A stretch of DNA of 12,743 bases from a candidate division FCPU426 bacterium (GTDB lineage: Bacteria; Oederibacteriota; JAAXVQ01; JAUVAV01): NCBI GenBank assembly GCA_030637655.1, contig DAOWGI010000103.1, positions 1 to 12,743 on the forward strand. Reading direction: 5' to 3'. How positions within the stretch are numbered: the stretch's first letter is position 1; each line of letters opens with the position of its first letter. The notes under the pieces are model-generated. The model worked only from the letters and a program-made list of their open reading frames with translations. It did not search any database and was not told the DNA's origin. The position numbers and the translations under genes were made by a program. Positions 1 through 6,606 of this stretch are shown one piece after another.

Positions 1-24
1 TACCCGCAGGATTTTTATATTCCC

Positions 25-89
25 GTAGGGGCAGGGCTTGCCCCTGCCCTGGTTTTAATTTGAAGGGCACCCGCAAGGGGTGCCCCTAC
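25..89. repeat. GTAG-family REP doublet (REPIN-like): two inverted REP hairpins
   Basis: GTAGGGGCAGGGCTTGCCCCTGCCC (25-49) and GGGCACCCGCAAGGGGTGCCCCTAC (65-89). Each is a GC hairpin with a GTAG/CTAC tag, in opposite orientations. Confidence 0.85.
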
Positions 90-99
90 GATTAAAATT

Positions 100-185
100 A
101 TCTGCGTCTATCTGCGTTCATCGGCGGTTAATTTTGGTTCCGGTTTATCCGGATTAGGTTTTTCCCGCTTTATTGCCATGTTACC
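100..185 (+). mobile_element. Right end of MITE-like element (left end lies upstream of the window)
   Basis: 100-184 matches 9838-9922 at 78/85 nt. It consists of a 10-nt-period array, the TTTTGGTTCCGGTTTATCCGGATTAGG module (132-158) and a terminus ...CATGTTACC. Confidence 0.75.
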
Positions 186-203
186 AGTGTTTTTAGAACA
201 ACA

Positions 204-233
204 TTGACAAGTACGTTTCAGGACCCGTATACT
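204..233 (+). promoter_or_regulatory. sigma70-type promoter
   Basis: TTGACA (204-209), 18-nt spacer, TATACT (228-233), about 45 nt upstream of the probable start at 278. Confidence 0.7.
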
Positions 234-277
234 TTGAGGGAATTCTACGACCATTCATGTTTATGAAGAGGCGGCCA

Positions 278-1363
278 ATGAAAAAAATAAAACTTCGTAT
301 AGGATTGATAATGATCATGTTCAGTTTGGCTGGATGTGTTTCCACCGGCGTACAGCTGAAAAAAATCCCGGTCAATCAACCGCCTGGAGATCCGCAACTG
401 GTGAAAAAAATACGTGTAGGGTACAATCCCGTAGGCTGCGTGATGACCTCGGAAGGCAAGTATGTTTATGTGGCCAACAGCGTCAGTAATTCCATCTCGA
501 AGATTGATACCGCTACGCTTAAGGTGGTATCGACTATTCAAATGAATGGTAGTCCGGTCTGGGTCGCTATTTGTAAGCCGGCGAAAAAAGTCTGTGTTAC
601 TGCCCGCGAGGGTCGCTCGCTGAGTTTGATTGATCAGAGTGGAAATTATTTAAGCGCTGTCATTGACCTGCCGCATGTACCGGAAAAAGTGGTGGTACAT
701 CCTACCCAAAAGTTAGCCTATGTGGGCAGTGGTGAAGCTTCTTATATTATGGTGGTGGATTTGGAACGGAAAAGAATTCTTAAAAACATTATCACCACCA
801 GCGAGTGCATTGGTCTGGCCATTACCCCGGATGGAAAATTTCTGTACGTGAGTACGCGGGCGGATCGCTATAACCTGCAAATCATTTCCACTGCCGAACA
901 AGCGGTGGTGAACCGTACCAATGTTGGTTCTGCTCCCAGTGCTATTGCCATGGATCCGCAGGGCGAATACGCCTATGTGGCCAACCATGGTTCTGATGAT
1001 GTGACTGTTATTCATGTGCCTGAGCATCATCCGGTCCTAACCTTTTCGGTGGGACAAGGCCCGGTGGATTTGGCGGTCACTCCGAGTGGTAAGTATTTGT
1101 ATGTGAGCTGTCAACTGGACAATTCGATTGTCATTGTAGATACCAAGACCAATCAAGTCGTACATCGGATTGATATGGGGGTTGTGCCCTGGGGTATTGC
1201 CTTTGCCCCTGACGGTTCACGTGTATTTGTGGCCAATTACAAAGGCAAGAGCGCGGGTCGTTCCACCAGTTTCTCAGGTCCGCAAATGACATTGGGGACC
1301 GGGGCGGGTGACCGGATTAATAACAATATGGTGTTTGTTTTCAATACGAATAAATATCATTGA
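278..1363 (+). CDS. YVTN/YncE-family beta-propeller repeat lipoprotein
   Basis: Probable start ATG 278 with AAGAGG upstream (track start is 257). Signal peptide with lipobox LAGC. About seven ~42-aa repeats such as VGxxPxxxAxxPDGKxxYVAN. Confidence 0.85.
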   Translation: MKKIKLRIGLIMIMFSLAGCVSTGVQLKKIPVNQPPGDPQLVKKIRVGYNPVGCVMTSEGKYVYVANSVSNSISKIDTATLKVVSTIQMNGSPVWVAICKPAKKVCVTAREGRSLSLIDQSGNYLSAVIDLPHVPEKVVVHPTQKLAYVGSGEASYIMVVDLERKRILKNIITTSECIGLAITPDGKFLYVSTRADRYNLQIISTAEQAVVNRTNVGSAPSAIAMDPQGEYAYVANHGSDDVTVIHVPEHHPVLTFSVGQGPVDLAVTPSGKYLYVSCQLDNSIVIVDTKTNQVVHRIDMGVVPWGIAFAPDGSRVFVANYKGKSAGRSTSFSGPQMTLGTGAGDRINNNMVFVFNTNKYH

Positions 1364-1411
1364 GGTATAAATTTTAAATTCAAAGAATAAACCTTAAAGG
1401 TCGTAGAGAGT

Positions 1412-2881
1412 ATGAATATATTATTTCCGGTTGCTGAATGTGTGCCTTTTGCCAAGACCGGTGGTTTGGCGGATGTGGCCGGAGCTTTACCGCAAGCCTT
1501 GACCCGTTTAGGACATCAGGTGCATGTAGTCATGCCAATGTATTCCCAAGTCCGGAAAGCCGGGATCGCTCTGCGCAAAACCGAACATACGGTCTTGATT
1601 TCTATTGGTAACGAGCACGTGCGCTCTGTAGTCTGGGAAGCCAAGTTGTCGGATTCAGGTCCTTTTATTTATTTTTTGCAGGCTAATTCGTTTTTTGATC
1701 GTCCGGAACTCTATCGCAATCCATCCGGCGGTTATTCGGACAATGATCAACGCTTTTTATTTTTATGTCACGGTGCTCTGCAGTTGGGCCGTCAGTTGGG
1801 AATTCCTTGGGATATAGTACATTGTCATGATTGGCATACGGGTTTAATACCGGCGTACTTAAAGACCGAGTACGCGCAAGAGCCGGTGTATGCAAAAACA
1901 CGAAGTGTGTTTACTATTCACAATCTGGCGTATCAAGGACACTTTCCCAAAGAAACTTTTTCGCTGACCGGATTGCCGGATTCGCTCTTTACTCCTGAGG
2001 GGGTTGAATTCTGGGGAGGTATAAATTATATGAAAGCCGGACTGGTGTGTGCGGACTGGATCACCACAGTTTCGCAAACCTATGCCCGGGAAATACAGAA
2101 CAAAGAATTCGGATATAGTATGGAAGGTGTTTTGCGACAGCGGAAAGATCGGCTTTCAGGCATACTCAATGGTTTGGATTATTCTCTTTGGGATCCTGAG
2201 CATGACTCGCAGCTTAAACATCAATTTTCAGCAGCCCAACCCGGAGGAAAAGAACAGGTACGCGCTCAACTCTTGGAAACCATTGGATTGTATGCCATGG
2301 AGCAGGCTCCAATTGTGGGAATGATCAGCCGTTTGGACGATCAGAAAGGGTGTGATTTAATAGCGGATGTGATTGAGAAGATCCTGGAGCAAAATCTGCA
2401 GTTGGTCATGCTCGGAACCGGGGATAAAAAATACCATAAGCTTTTCCTGAAGATCAAAGCCAAATACCCGCGCCGGCTTTCTTTGCATCTGGAGTTCAAC
2501 GAGGCCCTGGCGCACTTGATCTATGGTGGGTCGGACATGTTTTTAATGCCCAGCAAGTATGAACCTTGCGGGCTGGGCCAGATGATCAGTATGCGCTATG
2601 GGACCATACCCATTGTGCGTCAGACCGGTGGTTTGAAAGATACAGTAGTTGATTATGACCGGGAAAAAGGAACTGGTTTTAGTTTTAAAGAGTATTCGGG
2701 TCTGGCCTTATTACGGGCCATCAAAAGGGCCTGTGCTGTTTTTGCTGACAAAAAAGCCTGGAAAAAAATGATAAAAAACGCCATGATCACGGATTTTTCC
2801 TGGGATCGCTCAGCCCGGGAATATGAGCGATTATTTAAGAAAATCCTTAACCCGGACAAGCCGGAACCAAAAAATCTTTGA
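1412..2881 (+). CDS. glgA: Glycogen synthase (ADP-glucose, GT5)
   Basis: Motifs KTGGLADV, HCHDWHT, TIHNLAYQG, SRLDDQKG, MPSKYEPCGLGQM, RQTGGLKDTV and DFSWDRSA. Confidence 0.97.
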   Translation: MNILFPVAECVPFAKTGGLADVAGALPQALTRLGHQVHVVMPMYSQVRKAGIALRKTEHTVLISIGNEHVRSVVWEAKLSDSGPFIYFLQANSFFDRPELYRNPSGGYSDNDQRFLFLCHGALQLGRQLGIPWDIVHCHDWHTGLIPAYLKTEYAQEPVYAKTRSVFTIHNLAYQGHFPKETFSLTGLPDSLFTPEGVEFWGGINYMKAGLVCADWITTVSQTYAREIQNKEFGYSMEGVLRQRKDRLSGILNGLDYSLWDPEHDSQLKHQFSAAQPGGKEQVRAQLLETIGLYAMEQAPIVGMISRLDDQKGCDLIADVIEKILEQNLQLVMLGTGDKKYHKLFLKIKAKYPRRLSLHLEFNEALAHLIYGGSDMFLMPSKYEPCGLGQMISMRYGTIPIVRQTGGLKDTVVDYDREKGTGFSFKEYSGLALLRAIKRACAVFADKKAWKKMIKNAMITDFSWDRSAREYERLFKKILNPDKPEPKNL

Positions 2882-3118
2882 CAGGATACACAGGATTTTA
2901 TAAAAAAAACATGCCAATCCTGTTATCCTGTCAAAAGAATTTCTTTGCGTCTTTGTGGTGGATCTTTTTCTTTAAGTCTTTATAGTTAAATAATAAATGA
3001 TAAAATGTTGCACTTGTGATTACAATTCACCATTTAAGTTAATAAAGCTGTAAATATCCGCGTTTATCGGCGTTCATCGGCGGCTAATTTTCTTTCCATT
3101 AGTTGACTGACCTGTTAC
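2846..3118 (-). mobile_element. Inverted composite copy of the MITE-like element, overlapping the glgA 3' end
   Basis: 2846-2872 is the reverse complement of the CCGG module (23/27). 3056-3118 is the reverse complement of 9744-9806 (56/63). The interior holds a TTTGACAGGAT..ATCCTGTCAAA inverted pair (2877-2935) and CTTTGCGTCTTTGTGGTG (2943-2960). Confidence 0.65.
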
Positions 3119-3119
3119 G

Positions 3120-3147
3120 TTGCCGCGTTTCCTCTAGTTGATAAAAT
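3120..3147 (+). promoter_or_regulatory. Possible promoter with extended -10
   Basis: TTGCCG (3120-3125), 16-nt spacer, TGn-TAAAAT (3139-3147), upstream of ATG 3173. Confidence 0.4.
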
Positions 3148-3172
3148 TTCAAATATCTGATAAACTATTTTT

Positions 3173-3379
3173 ATGGAAAAAAGCATATCCCATAATAGGA
3201 ACGAAGAAACACCCGAGGCGAAAACCAGATGGTTTAAGTCGCTTTCGCTTTGTGAGCGGATGGAGGTATTTTGCGCCTATACCGATCTCGCCTTGTCGCT
3301 TAATCCAAAAATAATCGAGGCCAAACATGTTAAACCGCCTAAGCAAGGTATACTCATTCTTTCAAAAACACCAGGTTAA
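3173..3379 (+). CDS. Small hypothetical protein (68 aa), partner of the downstream nucleotidyltransferase
   Basis: Compact ORF (SHNRNEETPEAKTRWFKSLSLCERME) overlapping the next gene by 53 nt, the layout of a TA-like two-gene module. Confidence 0.7.
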   Translation: MEKSISHNRNEETPEAKTRWFKSLSLCERMEVFCAYTDLALSLNPKIIEAKHVKPPKQGILILSKTPG

Positions 3380-3773
3380 ATACCTCGTTATCGGAGACAT
3401 TGCCGCAATCCTGCACGGTGTTCCCAGGGCTACTTTCGATTTGGATATTCTGATTGAAGCTTCCCGGCAAAACGCGGAAAATTTGCTTAAAGCATTATTA
3501 GCGGCAGGCATAGGCACAGCTGCTTTGACCGATCCTCAGCAAGTTTTGGAAAATGAGATTACCGTCTTTAAAGATATTGTCCGTATTGATGTCCAAACAA
3601 TCACACCGGGAATCGTTTTTGAAAACGCCTGGCAAAATAAAATAACCATGAATTACCAGGGCCAGGATTTTTTTGTGGTTGCCAGAGAGGATTTGATCGC
3701 TTCTAAAAAGGCTGCGGGAAGAAACGTGGATTTGGAAGATGTCCGCCTGCTGGAATTGCCGCAGGATGAATAG
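3327..3773 (+). CDS. Pol-beta-superfamily nucleotidyltransferase (DUF6036/AbiEii-like small NTase)
   Basis: YLVIG(D)IAAILHGVPRATFDLDILI, RIDV, and C-terminal DLIASKKAAGRNVDLEDV. GAGG ribosome-binding site at 3317-3320. Confidence 0.85.
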   Translation: MLNRLSKVYSFFQKHQVKYLVIGDIAAILHGVPRATFDLDILIEASRQNAENLLKALLAAGIGTAALTDPQQVLENEITVFKDIVRIDVQTITPGIVFENAWQNKITMNYQGQDFFVVAREDLIASKKAAGRNVDLEDVRLLELPQDE

Positions 3774-3855
3774 CAGTCCTGCTTGAAGAGCCTCGTTTTG
3801 CAATTGGAACACCGGAATGATGGAATAAATGACAACATTTTTTGCAAAATTTTTC

Positions 3856-3884
3856 TTGTATATTTTATAGACTTCCTTTATATT
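3856..3884 (+). promoter_or_regulatory. Probable tRNA promoter
   Basis: TTGTAT (3856-3861), 17-nt spacer, TATATT (3879-3884), with an AT-rich upstream region. Confidence 0.45.
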
Positions 3885-3902
3885 ATCCATCCTGAAATAA
3901 TC

Positions 3903-3952
3903 GTAGGGGCGCACTGAGTGCGTCCTGAACAGGCCGGATGCCGTGCCCCTAC
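3903..3952. repeat. GTAG-family REP doublet (partly degenerate)
   Basis: GTAGGGGCGCACTGAGTGCGTCC ... ATGCCGTGCCCCTAC. Confidence 0.75.
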
Positions 3953-3961
3953 ATATTGTAT

Positions 3962-4037
3962 GTCCCCATCGTCTAGTGGCCTAGGACATCGCCCTTTCAC
4001 GGCGATGACAGGGGTTCAAATCCCCTTGGGGATGCCA
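3962..4037 (+). tRNA. tRNA-Glu (anticodon TTC)
   Basis: 76-nt cloverleaf: acceptor stem GTCCCCA/TGGGGAT, anticodon arm TCGCC-CTTTCAC-GGCGA (TTC at 3996-3998), T arm AGGGG-TTCAAAT-CCCCT, encoded CCA. Confidence 0.98.
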
Positions 4038-4085
4038 GATAAAAAAACAGCCCGTTGCGAAAGCAACGGGCTGTTTTTTTATCTG
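4036..4085. terminator. Bidirectional intrinsic terminator
   Basis: Perfect 23-bp inverted repeat CAGATAAAAAAACAGCCCGTTGC-GAAA-GCAACGGGCTGTTTTTTTATCTG, with A7 and T7 tracts. Confidence 0.92.
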
Positions 4086-4152
4086 AGCAGGTGAGCAGTA
4101 GAACAGCTGAACAGGAGAAAAAGCGAACCTGCGGTCAACTGCTCAACTGATC
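4084..4152. repeat. 8-nt-period tandem array with inverted partner
   Basis: TGAGCAGG TGAGCAGT AGAACAGC TGAACAGG (4084-4115), followed by complementary units including ACTGCTCA (4138-4145). Confidence 0.55.
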
Positions 4153-4359
4153 TGATGTTTTTTTTCATGTCCAATTTGATACTGCCATTTTAAGTATTTT
4201 TTCGGTAAAAGAGGCACTGCTATAGACCTTGTTGGCTGGAATAGGTTTGAGAAATTATTATACATACCCATTTTATGCCGGTAAATTATGGTCGACACTA
4301 AAAGTAGCAAAGAGAGACACCCAAAGAAGCAAAAAACTCTTTTAAAAAAGGTAAACCTG

Positions 4360-6606
4360 GTGAGAAAATGGCAGTGTAGGGGGGGGGTGGTTCTTGGTTT
4401 TTGGCTGCTGGCGGCTTCCGGAGCCAATGCCGACTGGGTACAAGATGGAAATGAACTGAATGTCAATGCTGCGGCTGATGCGAGGTATCCTTGTTTGGTT
4501 ACTATCAATAATACTCCCTATGTTACCTGGACAGATGAATACAGTGAAACCAGTGGGATTATTTATGTGAAACGGTTTAATGGCAGTGCTTGGGATTTCG
4601 TTGGAAATCATCTGAATTTGGATATCAATAAGAAGGCGCTGGCACCTCATATGGCGGTGTGGAATAATACTCCGTATGTGACCTGGTTTGAAAGTAATGG
4701 TGTTGCTTATCAAACTTATGTAAAACACTTCAATGGTGTTGACTGGGAACAAGACGGCGACAGCCTCAATGTCAATCCCGGCCGGAGTTCTAATTATCCC
4801 AGAATGGCCTTTTACAATGGGACGCCGTATATAACTTGGCAGGAAAGTGCGCCTTCATTTACCACGCGTGTTTATGTAAAACATTTTAATGGCAGCGCTT
4901 GGGTTCCAGATGGTGCGGCTTTAAACATGAGCCCGAGTAAGAGTGCCTTGAATCCTAGAATTGCTTTTATTGCTGATACGCCGTGTGTAACCTGGTTTGA
5001 GTCGAATGGCACGGCTGAGCAGGTCATGGTAAAACGTCTCAATGGCACGGAATGGGACCTGGTGGGGTCCGGTTCATTGAATGTCAATGTCTCGCAAGAT
5101 GCCAGATATCCTGTACTGGATGTTTGGGGGCAAACACCCTATGTCTCGTGGTTTGAGTATGATGGGATTTCCGATTATAAAGTCTATGTAAAGCATTTTA
5201 ATGGCAGTTTCTGGGGACCTGACAATGATTTTTTAAACGTGGATTCCAACCGGACAGCGTATAATCCAAGTATATGTATTTTCAATGCCACACCCTATGT
5301 TGCTTTTCAGGAAATCATTCCCGGTCCGGCTAACCACGTATTTGTGAAGTTTTACAACGGAACCGGTTGGGATTTGGTAGGTAGCGGGAGTCTGAATCTG
5401 GAAGACGCTTTTTTTCCGTGGATGTCTGTTTCGCAAAGCGGAGTTCCTTATGTTTCCTGGAGCGAGAACGTGTCGTCTGTTGAGAAAGTGTATGTGAAAC
5501 ATTTCGAGAAGCTTGAGACGTTGACACCGACGAGTACTGTAAGCCCGACTGGTAGTCCAACCGGGACACCGAGTCACAGTCCGACCGGGACACCGAGTCA
5601 TACGCCTTCTAATACGGAAACCTTGACACCAACAGTTACCCTGACAACTACCTTGACAGCGACGCCAACGCATACTCGGTCATCCACAGCCTCGCCCAGT
5701 GCTTCTTTGACGCTGATCACAACACCGTCAAATACCCTGACACCAACACCTACGCAGACGTTTACTCCAACAATGACCTTTACCAGTGCGAGTAGTTGTA
5801 CAGCTACGCAGACCAACACCCCGACTGAAATTCCTGTTGCAACCAGCACCACAAGCCCGACTCCCAGTGCAACCGCCTCGCCCACTGCAACGTCTACTTG
5901 TACATCAACACCCACTGCAACACGAACGTTAACCAATACACCCAGTATGACACCAACCGCAAGTAGTACCGGGAGTCCTACCCATACCTGTACAGCCACT
6001 GCTTCATCTACGCATACCATGACCTGTACGCCAACCATAACATCAACAAGCACTTTAACCGGAAGTTCGACAGTGACCATCACCTTTACTTTTACACCAA
6101 GTAGCAGTCCGACGGCCAGTACTACATACTCAGCCACCATTACAACTACTGCTGTTATCAGTGCTACAGTAACAGCTACCCTGACAGGTACCCCGCTGCC
6201 TACTGTCAGCAGCACACCGGCCGAAACATTTACCCCGTGGTTAAGCGCAACCTACACTGCAACCTGCACTGAAGTGATATCAGCAACACCCACAATAACA
6301 GCAACCCTGAAGCAAAATATTCCTCAGTCTATCCAAATCAGGCCCAATGTAATACGGCCGGGAGGGGAAGGAAAAATGAGCATAACCATTCCTGTGGGCA
6401 AGCCGGCAACAGTGATTTTGGAAATATATACACGTGAAGGGCATTGGGTAAAAACCATATTGAATGGCCGATATCCTGCGGGGCGGCTTGAGACCTGTTG
6501 GTCCGGTGAGAATGACCAAGGCAAAGCAGTCAGCTCAGGAATATACATATTATATGTAAAGACAGATCAGCTTTGTGAGATGCATAGAATTGTGGTAGTG
6601 CGTTGA
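4360..6606 (+). CDS. Secreted surface protein: 7-repeat beta-propeller + Thr/Ser/Pro stalk + T9SS type-A/FlgD-Ig-like C-terminal domain
   Basis: Probable GTG start at 4360 with AAGGT upstream (track start is 4288). Signal peptide ends ANA|DW. Seven ~52-aa repeats W..DG..LN...P......TPYVTW.E.....YVKHFNG, a ~260-aa T-x tract, and C-terminal PN...IYT.EG..VKT...WSGEND.G..VSSGIYI...RIVVVR. Confidence 0.85.
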   Translation: MRKWQCRGGVVLGFWLLAASGANADWVQDGNELNVNAAADARYPCLVTINNTPYVTWTDEYSETSGIIYVKRFNGSAWDFVGNHLNLDINKKALAPHMAVWNNTPYVTWFESNGVAYQTYVKHFNGVDWEQDGDSLNVNPGRSSNYPRMAFYNGTPYITWQESAPSFTTRVYVKHFNGSAWVPDGAALNMSPSKSALNPRIAFIADTPCVTWFESNGTAEQVMVKRLNGTEWDLVGSGSLNVNVSQDARYPVLDVWGQTPYVSWFEYDGISDYKVYVKHFNGSFWGPDNDFLNVDSNRTAYNPSICIFNATPYVAFQEIIPGPANHVFVKFYNGTGWDLVGSGSLNLEDAFFPWMSVSQSGVPYVSWSENVSSVEKVYVKHFEKLETLTPTSTVSPTGSPTGTPSHSPTGTPSHTPSNTETLTPTVTLTTTLTATPTHTRSSTASPSASLTLITTPSNTLTPTPTQTFTPTMTFTSASSCTATQTNTPTEIPVATSTTSPTPSATASPTATSTCTSTPTATRTLTNTPSMTPTASSTGSPTHTCTATASSTHTMTCTPTITSTSTLTGSSTVTITFTFTPSSSPTASTTYSATITTTAVISATVTATLTGTPLPTVSSTPAETFTPWLSATYTATCTEVISATPTITATLKQNIPQSIQIRPNVIRPGGEGKMSITIPVGKPATVILEIYTREGHWVKTILNGRYPAGRLETCWSGENDQGKAVSSGIYILYVKTDQLCEMHRIVVVR

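Noticed and set aside
2846-2872. TAAC.../...TTAGG module as an integron attC site
   Set aside because: Only superficially similar. No paired R''/L''/L'/R' boxes at attC spacing, no integrase, and the flanking genes are housekeeping genes with their own promoters.
3014-3032. TTGTGAT-TACAA-TTCACCA as a CRP or Rex operator
   Set aside because: Half-site spacing is one base too long for either consensus and the right half is imperfect.
3962-4037. tRNA-Glu as an island integration site
   Set aside because: No duplicated tRNA 3' end and no integrase seen in the window.
4432-5511. Many N-x-S/T sequons in the propeller as evidence of N-glycosylation
   Set aside because: Most arise from the structural NG(S/T) and N-x-TPY turns of the repeat, and no oligosaccharyltransferase is visible.
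5598-6215. 205-aa Val-rich minus-strand ORF
   Set aside because: Antisense shadow of the Thr-rich stalk: the ACN-rich codons give few stops and many Val on the opposite strand.
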